Positions 26,500 to 39,463 of a DNA stretch of 64,000 bases are shown here, in pieces (within the stretch, counting starts at the first letter, position 1; the number at the start of each line of letters is the position of its first letter). The position numbers were made by a program, and so were the translations under genes. The notes beneath the pieces are model-generated. The model searched no databases. It was given only the letters and a program-made list of their open reading frames with translations, and had not been told where the DNA came from. The DNA lies in assembly GCA_001662655.1 (NCBI GenBank), contig KV460226.1; one strand, written 5' to 3'. The stretch comes from Pseudogymnoascus verrucosus (lineage: Eukaryota).

Positions 26500-26725
26500 G
26501 ACAAACTTACCTCAGCAATGCCAACCTTGCTCGCCCGGGGAGAGCTCTCGGAATTGATCAGCACATGAGGTGTAACGCCGGCACGGAATTCATCTTGGAC
26601 TCTATAATATGGTCGCAACAACTATGGAAGCCTTACTTGGAGCCGCGTTCTACAACGGTGGACTCGATTCCGTTGCACAAATGTTGAGGGTCATGGATCT
26701 AGGCTCCGGCCTAGATGCTATGTAA
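26500..26725 (+). pseudogene. Possible RNase III-domain fragment
   Basis: Manual translation gives YLSNANLARRG and TMEALLGAAFYNGGLDSV, resembling RNase III signatures. The frames are broken. Confidence 0.35.
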
Positions 26726-28224
26726 CCAGCGATGGGAGCCCCAGCATGAATCATCCTAAGGTGCCTCCACTATCGTGTTTATTTTGCTTACAAAACCTCT
26801 TTAGCTAGGTTATTGCTTGACAGGAGCGGGCTTGGCAAGTCCGTTGCCAAGTTTGAGCTCTGGTTTGGTTTTGAAGATGAACCCTCGTGCGCATAGTGCA
26901 TGGGTGCAAGATTTCACCTTCAAAACCGAGCTAGAGCTGTAAGTTGGAAACGCGGTTGAGCGCGCTCTTTCCAAGCAATTCCCATACCGTACTGATGAAT
27001 TTTGGGGCGCGAGGAGATGGACTTGGTAGTGGGTGTAGCTTAGGATGGCACTGATGCTGGGTGCATGATATGGAAGGCATAAAAGTATCGACCGAAGATA
27101 AAAACGAACCCAATAGGCGGCAGGATGAAGGAAAGGGGAATGGCGCCAGAGGATGGATTGTATAGACACGCTCAGCAGGGTTTTGACGGGTTTCCCTGGC
27201 TGCTTTGGCCGCAATGGCCGAGCACAACTGTCCCGAAAATTTGACTTGGATTAATGCCTGAACTGCTGCCACCTGAATCGTGCGTAGAATTATTCCGAAT
27301 CAATTGCTCCATGCCTCAGACGTAGATATTTTGAAAGAATCGCTGAAGGAGAGACTTTGCCAAGAAGAGCACAGCTGTGGAACTGATCTAGACAGACACC
27401 TGCTCGATCATAGCGAAGTATGTGGACACGAAACTAAGATTAATTTCCCAATTCCAATAAATTTAGCAAGATGTACCGTGAGGATTTCTTAGGAGCCAAC
27501 ATATATAGAGGTGAGGTACAACGTCAATGTCCTCCGTATGTATTTTCTATAGCTAACACAATTCCGACTTTACCCTAACCCTAAGAAAAAGGATAAAAAT
27601 AAATATAAAAACATTTTAGACCTTTTAAATAAAATTCTATATTATAGAAGTCTAAATATGTAATTTTTATAATTTTATCTTAAGAAATAACTAAGATATT
27701 TAATAGTTTACTTTATAACTAAAATAAATAAAGTCTCTATAGTCTCTTAAGATAAAATCTTAAAAATCAGTTTGTTAGAATCCTCTAGTTATGTAGTTTT
27801 ATATTTTAGCTTAAAAGTTATATAACTGTAGGTAGAAGCAAGTTCAGCAACTCGTTTAAAAGTAGAAGTAAGTTTAGCAACTCATACTAAAAATGTAAGT
27901 ACCTTTACATAGTAAATTATATGTAAAGTGACTAAAAGTAATAAAAGTAGTATAATAAAAACATATATAAACTACCTTAATACTTTATTAATGCTTCTAA
28001 AATTTAATAGAATATATATATATATATAATATTACTTTTAATAAAAGGAATTAAATTTTAAAGCCTTGTAAAGTTGTTAATCATAAGAAAAGGTGTAAAA
28101 TAACAGAAGTTTAAAGTTATATATTTCTCTAAGTTTAAAAATAAACAAGTACCTTTATATAATAAATTATATATAAAGTAACTTAGAGTAGCAAAAATAG
28201 TAGAAATATTTATAAAAAAACATA

Positions 28225-30194
28225 ACGTATTTCCTATATAAGTGGCCTACCTAAATGAGTAGCCTACTAAAACACTAAAATTAACTATTACTACCTACTA
28301 CTATACTACTACCCTACATAATAACCCTTATTTAATCGTAATTAAATCCTTAGGCCTCTTATATATATAGGAGTTATAGCCTATAATACTATATAAGCTA
28401 TAGCGCTTCTATTAGCCTATAGAACCTACCTACTAAGTAGTTCTACTTACTACCTCTATATAGACTTAAGCATTAACCTTAGTACTTTAAAGGATATCCT
28501 CTACATCTTATATAGAGAGGGTTCCCCCTTATATTATACACCTCTTACACTTCCTTTCCCTCCTCTTTTTCTATTCATTTACTACTTATAGAGCCTTAAC
28601 TTCTACCTTAAGTAGAGTAGTAGAATGTATTATAATGTTATAGCTAAAACATATAACCTATATACTATAAGATAGAGTAATAAGGTAAAATAGCTTATAG
28701 CTAATTAGTAGTAGGAAATAGACATAGAGATTATAGGTAGCTTAGTTAATAAGGGCACCTTTAGGAAAAGGTACCTTTCTTAGGAGGTACCTAGTAAAGG
28801 AGAGGTGCCTATTAGAAAAGGCACCTATATAGAGTAAGGTGCCTCCTTAAGAAAGCACCTATAAGAATTAGTACCTATAATAAGTATAGCACCTCTTATA
28901 GGATATACACATAATTTAGATTAGTAGGAATAGTAAGANNNNNNNNNNNNNNNNNNNNNNNNNNNNNNNNNNNNNNTTAGATAGGAGCTTTATGCTTAAC
29001 TTAATATAGTACTTATTATATACTATAATGTGTTTTATAAAAGCCTTTGTATCTAATCCCCTACCTTCTCTATTAAGTAAACTAATATAATAAAACCTCT
29101 ATAAGCCTTATAAGTTTAAGACCTAGCATTATAAGAACCACTCTTAAATTATCTTAGGATCTTTACATTTTGCTTGTTTATAGTTATACTTCTAACTAAA
29201 CTTTGATTTGATTTCTATATAATGCGTTATAAAGCCTATAGCCTAGTGCAACGCTAGGTCTTAAACTATAAGACTTATAGAGGTTTCGTTACGTTAGTTT
29301 ACTTAATAGAGGAGGTAGGGGATTAGACACAAAGGCTTTTGTAAAATACGTTATAGTATATAATAAAATACTATATTAAGTTAAGCACGAAGCTCCTATC
29401 TAAGAAATAACTATCTACTTATATAGTAGCGTTATACTAAAGGGAATAGTTAGAATAGTAGACTCTCTAACTATTCTCACTATTCCTACTAATCTAATTA
29501 CGTATATGTCCTATAGGAGGTGCTATACTTATTATAGGTACCGATTCCTATAGGTGCCTTTCTAAGGAGGCACCTTACTCTATATAGGTGCCTTTCCTAA
29601 TAGGCACCTCTCTTTAGCTAGGTACCTTCTAAGAAGGGTACCTTTTCCTAAAGGTGCCCTTATTAACTAAGCTACCTACAATCTCTACGTCTATTTCCTA
29701 CTGCTAATTAGCTACAAGCTATTTTACCTTATTATTCTATCTTATAGTATATAGGTTGCATGTTTTAGCTATAATACCTAGTTCTTCCTAATAGGGCTTT
29801 TACCTTGTTTAGAGAGTAGAAGGTTAGCTATTTCTTATATAGCTTATAGCTAGGGTAGAAATCTATATAAATCTAGGTTAAGGATATACTAAACAAGAGC
29901 TAACTCTTTATATAGAGTTAACTTCTATAAGTTAGGTATAGAATTGCATTAGGATGTCATTCCTTAAATTCGTTAACGTAGTGTTGTTTAAGGGATATTA
30001 TATAATGCTATAGCTACTTAGACACTTTAAAACTAGCCTTATTTAATTACTTACATAGCTAATAGTATTCTATCCTCTTAATTAGAGGATTTAGCTTGTG
30101 TTAGTCATAGCATTATTAACTATAGTTACATTAACACGTTTTAGTGTTTTAGTAGGCTACTCGTTTAGGTAGGCTACTTATATAGGAAATACGT
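28225..30194 (-). mobile_element. Fot1/pogo-like transposon, RIPped and internally rearranged
   Basis: TA|ACGTATTTCCTATATAAGT.. TIRs of about 50 bp at both ends. Minus-strand relic HTH (EDRILLAM..YNIP.TTLR) near 30100 and a CCHC-knuckle relic near 28360-28410. Confidence 0.8.
28939..28976. other. Assembly gap (N run)
   Basis: Run of n characters inside the left arm of an inverted repeat. Confidence 0.99.
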
Positions 30195-30239
30195 TATATA
30201 AACTACTCTAAATACTCTTTTTATATATTAAAAATTTAA

Positions 30240-32708
30240 TAGATTGTATATATATATACAATAACTCCTATTCCTCCCGCTCATCGTCTACATCACTATC
30301 ATCTACCTCTAGTAAATGGCCCTAATCCTATAAGCAAAGTAGATATCTAACTATTAATGGCAACAGTCTATTCCGTTTCTTAGTAATAATATCACTACCA
30401 TTACTAAATACCTGTTCTAATGCAGCTAATGTTATAGGGATTGTAAGATGATCTCTTACAATCTTTGCAATAACTAGATATTAGTACTGCTTTATAGCCT
30501 AATATTTAAGTATATTAGTCTATAGTCTAGGATAGCCCTCGTTATTCTATCTTTTCTATTCTAGCTCTTAATGAGAGGTTGTAGTTGTAACATATAAATC
30601 ATCATTAGAGTCTAGCTCTAGTTGCTCCTTAACTTCTAATTAAATCTATTACTTAATTCTCTCATTAGTAAGCTAATACTCATAGCTGTTATACTAGTTG
30701 TATACAGCCCTAAATTAAGCTAATACTTAATGCCTTTTAGCATTCTTAATGCTAGTTAGCCATAGCCTCTAAAATACAGCAAGATTTATCTATAGATTAC
30801 AAACTATAGCTATAGCTAAGTGACTATAACGCTAGCCTATTGTTAAAGTATAGTATTTGTTAAGTTTAAGCAACGTAGCTATATAAGCTAGGCTAATTGT
30901 CGTCTAGTTACTAACTGCCTAAATTGTCATTTTAAGTCTCTTAATTATCTTAAGATATTTTAGAATAACGTAGTTTAGAGTTAGGTAGGCGCTTGCTTGC
31001 ATCTTTTAAGACAGGCTTAAAAAGATCTTAAATAAATCCTTAAGACTCTAAATAATTGTCTAATCTTCTAAAGTAAGAGCAATCTCTCTTATACTTAGAT
31101 TAAAAGTCTATGTAGCACATATAGCAGTTATAGGATCTTGTAAGTACTTTGTAGTTATAAGCATATAGTATGTAGAATTCCATTAAATTAGCATGTTAAG
31201 CGTTAGCTGTTAAGGCTTAAGCCTAGCTATAAGTGCTTGCCTTTATAGAGCGTCGTTCTATTGCCTTTGATTCTAGAATACATATATATGCCTCTATAGC
31301 TTTACTAGAGTTATCATAATCTCTATATTACTCTTAACTATACGTAGAATCTAAGCTACACCTAGCTTACATTAATAATCATTAACCTCTACTAATAGGT
31401 CGGCTTTTAAGGCTTTAAGAGTAGCTTAAACTATAAGATTAATAATATAGGCAATATAGCGTACGTTACCTTCCTTAATAGTAAAGGGCTATAGTTGTTA
31501 AGATGAAATTAGATAGGCTTTAGCTAGTTTCTCAAACTTAGAGAGCATTACATCATTAACTAAGGCATTGTCCTAAGTGTAAGTAAAGATAGCTCTTATA
31601 ATGCCCATTCTGTCTATAATAGCTTATAACTCCTCTATAAGATATTTACTACTATGAATAGGCTCTTTAAGATGTATTACATTAAGTAAAGCTAACTGTT
31701 GCTACCATTTATTATTAATCTAATAACTAGTAACTGCTATAAACTAGGTATAGTTGCGAGCTAACTAGGCGTCTAATATAATTAATATTCGTCCTCTACT
31801 CTTAATATGAGAATTAAGCTCTATAATTAACTGCCCTTAGTGATATGAGAATTAGTAGAGCAGCTCACAGCTAATAGTTGTAGTAGATATACTAAGTGTA
31901 GTTAGGCTTAGGAAGTGTACTAGTTAACGGTACGTGTAGCTCTCTACAATACTTAAAGACAGGTTATTTAATATAATAAATTGTATTAACAATTCTCTAT
32001 ATTTTGCTTAGTAGAGTGCTAGCTTAAGTGTAGGCTATACTAGCTAGTAAGGCTTGAAAAAGGATGATGAATTACTGCTTAAAGCGCTAGATATACCGAT
32101 ATTGCTGTTCTTGCTATTATGTAGCTGCTCTAAAGCAGGGTGCTTTCTCTTATAATGCAACTATAAGTTACTAGTTGAGTTCTAGGTTGCAAGTTAGAGT
32201 GGCAGCTTATAGCTATAGCCTAGCTAAAGGCATTTATACTATATAGTTAAAGGTGCCGTTTTAAGTAGTAAACGGCTATATAGCCTTATAGAGAAGAGTG
32301 ATGTTTTGGTAATAGGCAAACTATGCTGTAGTAGCGGCTGCAAGTAGACTAGAGTTCTTAATGTAGACAGCAGTAGAATAGGGGTATTTAAGGGTGGGAG
32401 ATTCAATTCTTAATAGCCTATAGGGGCTTTAATATAAGTGGGAGCATCTAATAAAGGCAAGTCGCTCATTTTGTCTACAGTAACAAAGTCATAGTAAAGC
32501 AACTCTCAACTCTTCCTATTGACGGTAATAGTAAGCGTAACGATGAAATTTCTATTCTTAGCTATTCTTAGCTATTCTTAGTAGGTATCTAGATATGTAT
32601 CCGTGGATACTCATAGTATCCGGATACTCGTCGAATTCTCAAGGATACAAGTATCCGCATATAAGTATCCGGATACCCCGGATACTCAGGTATCCGTGGG
32701 GATCACTG
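30240..32708 (-). mobile_element. hAT-family transposon relic, RIPped
   Basis: Dimerisation-domain relic IAKIVRDHLTIP..LEQVFSNG.DIITKKRNRL near 30360-30510. End CAGTGATCCCACGGATACC with clustered GGATAC/GTATCC subterminal motifs at 32590-32708. Confidence 0.8.
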
Positions 32709-32929
32709 ATTAAAAGCATTTAAATTTTTTACTATTATAAAGCTCTTAATTATTAAAGGAATGTTAGAAAATAGCTAATAAAAATAAGGAAGTTATAAAT
32801 TAAGTCACTTTACATATAATTTACTATGTAATACTACATAAATTGAGTTGCCGAACTTGCTTCCACCCACGGTTATATAGTAGATTAAGAGAGTAAGTAA
32901 TAAGATATAAGTAAGTTAGATAAATTTAT

Positions 32930-33180
32930 AAAGATTAGGATAGGTATGGCGACGGGGATAGGGAAATGGGAATAGGGCGAACGGGGATAGGCGAACGGGA
33001 GTAGGGAAATCGTAGGAATATAGCAAACGGGGATGGGGATGGGAATGGGAAATGGGAACGGGGATAGGAATGGGGCGAACGGGCATAGGGCGAATGGGAA
33101 TGGAAAATGGAAATGGCGGGGATAGTAACAAAGGCGGCAACAAGGTGGCAACAAGGCGGCAGTGGGGATAGCGGCGAGCA
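32930..33180. repeat. Degenerate G-rich low-complexity tract (GGGAAT/GGGATA/GGCGAAC)
   Basis: Many GGG runs separated by 3-5 nt on the + strand. Confidence 0.7.
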
Positions 33181-33470
33181 TTTTCAAGCCGTAATTTCAA
33201 CACTTATTAACTTCTGTACCTATGGAGCGATTCCCTTCAAAATAAGTGCGTTGAATTCGCACGATTCTATAGTATATGTAAATATCGTTTTATAGATTTT
33301 AAAATCGCAATTATACGTTCTATAGTCTACGATACACAAGGGGATGCTTTCCTTACTATACATTATAATTACCCTACTATAAATCACGACATAATTATAG
33401 CGTATAGAAATACAATTTATTACTATAATACATTACTTTATACATTACTTGCATAAGGTTGCATAGTCGC

Positions 33471-34330
33471 CTACTGCGCGAATACACGCACATAGAAACC
33501 CTCCGTTTGAGGGGTAGCGCCGGGCGCTCTTGCACCAGGAGGGAGGGGAAGCACTCTAGCCTCTGCAGCAAAGTCTTTGTGCGTCCATACGCACGGTGTA
33601 AAGGAGCCCACGCAAATGGGACAGGCGAAGGTGGGATTTGCATCCGCTGGGTTATGGTAATCGTTTGTGGGCCACCTCGGATCGGTGACCCGCGACCACT
33701 TTACTGCAACACAGCAAGTCTTCTTGCTACCCGGCTGGGTCCACAGCGCCTCACCTCCCTTCCGGGTAGCACCCGCTTTCTCCTTCCATCCAGCAATCTT
33801 CGCATCGACGCGGTCGATGGTAGCGGCCGAGATACTGTGCGCGATCTCGCCATCGGCTAGGCGCCCAACCGCGAGGAATTCCACCGGCGCCTATATAGTC
33901 TGGAGGGATCGCACGGTGATGCTGCCGGATGGCACAGAGCTCGGCGATTGCGCAAGGCCGGAGACGGGGACGGGTGCTGAGGTAAGAAATTATAGCTTTG
34001 TATGGTAGATGTACTTGGTGAGGTGCGATACAATTTGATGAGGAATGTGCGTGTGTTTAGGGTATGGCAGTGTTGACAGTTGAAGCGTCTGGATTTGCCG
34101 CTTACCGGGGGATAGGGGCCATCTATCAACAGCTTCACTTTAGTGGGATACTACGAGCAGACACTATCTCGCTCTACGGTATAGCATTACAGCGTCTACT
34201 TTACTTCTTTTCCTTCTTCTACTGTGACACTCCTACTCTACTCTACTTCTTTTCTTTTCTACTATACTCCTACCGTACGCTCTACTCCCTTTCTTTACTG
34301 TGCCATACTCTACTCTATGCCTTGGCCTCC
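33471..34330. repeat. Internally deleted copy of the 40.1-43.1 kb module
   Basis: 33700-33982 is similar to 40200-40472, and 33995-34330 is near-identical to 42815-43150. Confidence 0.85.
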
Positions 34331-34694
34331 TTCTACTGCATTCGATTCTACAAAGTGGAAGCTATGTGGACTATGCTGGTAAGTGTGTCTAGACCACACT
34401 CTTGTGACGGCGTTTACCTCCTCTGTATTCCTGACCTTCTTGAGCTCCTCTACTAACCCTTAGCCGTAGTCCATGATCGTGTCGACCCTATGTGTTAACA
34501 GCGTCGAGTTTTAGCCGTAGATCATCGTGCGGCAACATAGCATGTCCTTAGAGAGAAAGTCGCACGGCCACACCTGCCTGAGGTTTCCCTTTCCCCTCTA
34601 CGAGCGATATACGTGTCCATTGAGGCCTGTGATAGCGATTGTACCACACGATAGGTTAGATATACACTCCCTAGGGAAGAAGGGTTAGGATCTA

Positions 34695-36175
34695 ACAAGC
34701 GTGTCACCTTAGCCCGCTTTCCAACAATCTGCGAGACGTCGACGGCCTTCGCGGGAGTAACAGGGCCCGTGTTATTTGATGAGAGGAAACTCATGTTGAG
34801 AATGATGAGCTTTTGAGGCATCGCGGCTGCTGATGGAGCACCTTCGTAGATTCCATAGTATGCTAGGTCGGTGTCGGCCGATGGGAGGGAGGCGATGTAA
34901 GGTTCCTTAAGCGCGAGGGCGGTGGCCATGAATAACATGCTGTAGTATCTGCATCAACGCTGTTAGTCTCTATTTGTCTTGATGTCTTAATATGGCAAAT
35001 TCCAAAGGTTTAACTTACGTTGGGTAGACCGCAGCAGGTTCCCCATTGTGTGCGACGGGTTGCCACGCGCTGTAGTAGAAGGGTGTGCCCATGTGAAAGT
35101 AGACGCCGCCTATTCCTATGGTCGCGCCGTGAAGCATGTAGTCCAGCTCCCACAGTGCAGCGCCAAGGGTATTGCTCACGCCCCTTTTACCATGACAAGA
35201 TACACTTCCCGTCTCACCCATCAAAAACGGAACACCAGCTTCCTCTGCAGCCTTGATCTCGGTATCCCACTGAGCGAGAAATTCCACCAAGGCAGTGTGA
35301 TTCATGAGATTAGGAAGCGACACTAGCTTAGCTCTCTCGGCTGGGCTTCATTAAATAGGAACGCAAATTTTGGGGCTTATAAAACTTACGATCGCACATA
35401 GAGTACGGATACGTGTGATCCGAAAGTGATACCGCATAATCCACCTTCTTTGGCAGCCCGAGAGCAACGATCTCATCGAGCGAGAAATTTCCCTGATAGA
35501 CAGGAAGCTGTGCGAGTGCCCTAATCGAAAACCCCTTCGCGGTTTTCTTGGCTAGCTGATCCAGCCAATCTTCTTGCTGTGCTACGTACGTCTGCAGGTT
35601 CCATGGCTTCGGTCGCTGTGACCCGTAGAAGTCGGGTTCATTGCCTAGTTCGTATGCGCGCAGCCGCGACGGATGCATATACTTCTCCGCTGCTTTGACC
35701 TCGGCGAGTGGGATCGAGACGTCATTGCCGCCCAAATTGAGGCCGAAGATGAATTCCTAGCGCGGAGGAACGTTTTCGTTTAAGACAGTGAAAAGGTTTT
35801 TGTTGTAGCTGGTGGCAATAGCTTCGTCGTTGCTAGGGGTGAAGGTGTTATTTAATGTCTCTAGGCAGCCGGCGCAGAACGACGCGGCGTCTTGGGTGTG
35901 TCTACCTAGGCGGATGACAAGAGGATTGCTAACTAAGTCCTCGATGTTTTGGAGGAGGTTGAGGGAGAGGACGTTGGGGCTGTCGACGTCCCTGAGGTAG
36001 TCTATGACGTAGCAGAACTCAATGGAGAGTGAGGCTATGTCTTTTGGGATTGGCCTTGCGGCAATGTTGGCTTGGGCAGATAGTTTAATCACGGTTGAAA
36101 CTGCGACGTCTGCCGCTAAGGGGCTGCATAGTGCACTTGGCAGTAAGAGCAGCACTGACGCCGGATTGTTGAAGC
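34695..36175 (-). pseudogene. GH79 beta-glucuronidase pseudogene, 3'-truncated
   Basis: SLSIEF, IRLG(R)HTQD, YELGNEPDFY, FLMGETGSVSCHGKRGVSNTLGAALWELDY and YFHMGTPFYYSAWQP. TAG stop at 35757 and Gly>Arg (G>A) changes. Confidence 0.85.
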
Positions 36176-37029
36176 CTTAGACAAATGCATCGTGAAGCTG
36201 TCAAGCGAGATATTAACGAATGGCTGGGGGTTGGATTAAAGCTGTGGGTGAAGCTCTTATAAACTACATAACAACTAACACCCTCGATATCGGTTTGTGA
36301 GTCCGGAGACTAAATGAGGAATTCGGAACCATACAACAAGCCGGAAAATAACTTATAGACCAGTCCTGGTATAAACATGACTTGTCCGCTAACCTAGGGC
36401 AGATAGCTCCTTGCATACGCAGATCGCAAGCCATTGCCGATCACTCCTAGTATTCACAGAGAAATTAATGACAAGGTAGAGAATAATTCTGCCGCATTTG
36501 ATGATTTAACCTTATAGTACCAGTAAAATGACTTAATGGAAATATGTAGTAAGGTGGAATCCGGTTGAGCAATTAAGGGGATTTGCGGGGTAGCGGGGTA
36601 GCGGGGTAGCGACAAAATGCGGAGATGCTAGTAGTTCTCCATACGTTTAGTTTTCTTATTAGTAGCGGAAGCTCTACTTCCGTCAACTCACAACAAATCT
36701 AATGAACAACTACACACTGTTCTATCTCTGCATTTTATCCCTAATTTCGGACCTCTTTTCTTTATTTCCCTTCCTATCTATCTCCACAAAGAAGGTTGCG
36801 GGGTGGCAACGGCACTAGAGGTGGCCCACATTTCAAAGGATAGTACCACTGCACTGATTATCCCTCAGCTAATCGATGGTCTCTTACCACCTAATGATCC
36901 CTCATCACTTCCTAGTCAACTCAATTAGAGGATCTCTTCGACGTTGTCGTGCCTAGATACATGGTCGCACGTTTACCGAAAGGCACCTTGTCGTCACTAC
37001 TCGACTTGAGATAGATTGAGTTACAAAGG

Positions 37030-37520
37030 CCTATCTCAAGTCAGCAAAGTATCTAAGGTATGAACAGCCATGCGCACATAACCGTCGCCTAAGGTGTCAT
37101 CACCTATGGCACTGTTTAGTAGGGACTGCGCTGCCATGCCAGTATCTAAATTTGTGAGATCTTTGGAATGAGCTTGCGGAGGTAGGGCAGCTGTGCGGCG
37201 ATAAGTTACCAAAGTCCGTCGCAACCATAACGACCGTCTCGTACTCTCCCACTGGCACACTAATTCCATGCGGTCCGCTGAACAAAGCCAGGCGAGGTAC
37301 GGAGTCGCGCTATTAAGCGCCATACGGAAAGTTCGCAAGTCAAGCCTCTCCGAGGTTGGATGAAAAGCTCCAATGTGTTGGCCCAGTTGGTTATCACGGA
37401 TGGGTGGCTGTGCAGGAAAGACCAGAAGCTGACTGAGGGAATCCATAGGTTGATATACTGGCCAGCTTGACTTCGATGGGCCGAGACATTGTCATCAGGA
37501 CTATACTCTCTAGTCGATGT
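37030..37520 (-). pseudogene. Ferric reductase/NOX-like FAD/NAD-binding fragment
   Basis: AGQYINLWIPSVSFWSFLHSHP, LELFIQPRRGLT and FSGPHG..YETVVMVATDFG. Frameshifted. Confidence 0.75.
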
Positions 37521-38698
37521 GAGTGATGAAGGCTCGAAGGAAATGGCAACTTCATGCTTGTTCCGAAACATCATGACGCCGCATTGTGTAAAGCGTAAGC
37601 CTAGGGTCTCACGGGAGTCCAGGGAACCAGGTCAGGAGGCAGGAAGGGTATCGTATTCAGTAAGCACAATAGGTCTACGTAGATACAGCGACTATTGACT
37701 GGAGTCCTCCACTGAGGCTCCAGCCCCTGATATATCTTCCTATACCGTGAACCCTAATAACCGGGCTATACCCGAATGACAGCTCCACCGTAGGGCTGCC
37801 TTCGGCGTGGCACCTCACGTGCCATCACGTGAGGACCGCCTTACACATTGAAAGGCGAGCAGTGCGGCGAACACACGTGCAAAGATGTAGACGTAGCTCC
37901 AGTCAAAACTAGACTGGGATATGACATGTCGTACAGTGGAATATACTACGAATGGGCCAGAGCTTGATGCGTGCGGGGGAAGATCTCGTAGAAGGGCCCG
38001 CGTAAGTAGTGAATTGAGAGGAGTATGTGACGACACAACGTCGTTTCATAGCCTAGTTCGCGATATTGACATATTAGTGCACATGACGGCTAGAGCTAAA
38101 ACTGATCCCGGAGGCAGATCTCCGACGTTCCATGACATACTATATTTGCAATTCTGAACTCCCCTAAACAGGCTTTGAATGCGCGCGGTGTATGTACGTC
38201 ACGGAGCGAAGCCGTAATACGACGCCACCCACGTCGAGCCATTAAGATCTTACCATTGGCCTTCTTTCACTGCCGGGCCGTCAAACATTGCCGTCCACAA
38301 GGGGAGTGGCGCTCTCAAGGTTACCCTACTTTATTCTAGTAGGGTCTTCCCCACACGGAGCTTAATCAATCCAATTTTTAGTTCCCCGCATAGAACAGTC
38401 TCATATGCTTAGCGCATCTTAACCTGCGGATCAATATTCCGTATCTTTGCTACGGACTCTTTATTTTCGCAGCATCGGAGGGACGCCTTCCATTCTCTTG
38501 GCCTAGTTTGTGTGATGCTGTATGGACGTCAGCGGTGCCACGAGGCCAGACCGGATTTGCCAAAATAGTCTAGTCAGACTCACCGACAGAAAAAAGGGGG
38601 ATCACCCCAAAGTATATAAATCAACCCATGGATCGACAAATAATGATCAACCTCTCCGCATTTTCACTCCACCAAATTAGACAAACACATCAAGAAAC

Positions 38699-39463
38699 AT
38701 GAAGGTCACTGCGCTTAACATCCTCGCACTCACCACCTTAGTGGCTGGTCTCACGTGCCCAAACAACTCTGGCGGCGGATGCGGACAGTACACTGTGTCT
38801 GGCCTGGGCTCGCGCAAGACGCAAATTAAAAATGCTGGAGGTTCATCCCGTGATCTTGCGATCGCTATGATGGAGACCGAGAAAATGGATACCAATTACG
38901 CGTGAGTAGCATTTGGGTTGCTCATCTAGCCTATTAGGCTAACGTAGCGTAGATACGGTGACAACAAGAGCGGCGATGCAGCAAACTTCGGTATTTTTAA
39001 GCAGGTATGGTCCGGAATCTCTATAGTTTCAACAGCCGGGTCTAACCGGAGCAGAACTGGGGAATGCTCCGCGCAAGCTGCAGTCAATTCAAGGGACAAA
39101 GTTCCAGCCAGTACAATAATGGTGCCGTATTGAACTCTAATCTAGCCTCAGATCTTTCATGCAGGCACCAGGGAGAGAGCTACTACGGTTACCAGAAGTC
39201 AGTCACATGTTCTTATCCTCCTTATTATGTAGGTCCTAATATTCTAAATAGGTGGGTTGCTGGACACCGAAATGGTGCCTCTGGTCTAGCGAACCCGAAC
39301 ACAGCAGACATCAACCTGTACAAGGGAGGTGTTGACTGGACTGAGCAGCAGCTTAACGGTGGCCACTTGTCTGACAACGAGCGATTCTGGGTCGACGTGT
39401 AAGCTATAGCATTCCTCTTGTAATATACTAAGGTGCTAATTTAGAGACAGTGTTCCGATCTAA
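38699..39463 (+). CDS. GH134 endo-beta-1,4-mannanase (Man134A-like), secreted, 4 introns
   Basis: YTVSGLGSRK, DLAIAMMETE, YGDNKSGDAANFGIFKQNWGMLR, WVAGHRNGASGL and RFWVDV match the remembered Aspergillus Man134A sequence. Confidence 0.88.

Larger units (their letters stand above)
27825..32873. mobile_element. RIP-degraded TIR DNA transposon (Tc1/mariner-type, TA-flanked) hosting nested insertions
   Basis: Left end TA|ACTGTAGGTAGAAGCAAGTTCAGCAACTC matches the inverted right end GAGTTGCCGAACTTGCTTCCACCCACGGT|TA, differing only by transitions. A subterminal TTACATAGTAAATTATATGTAAAGTGAC motif occurs at both ends. Confidence 0.7.
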
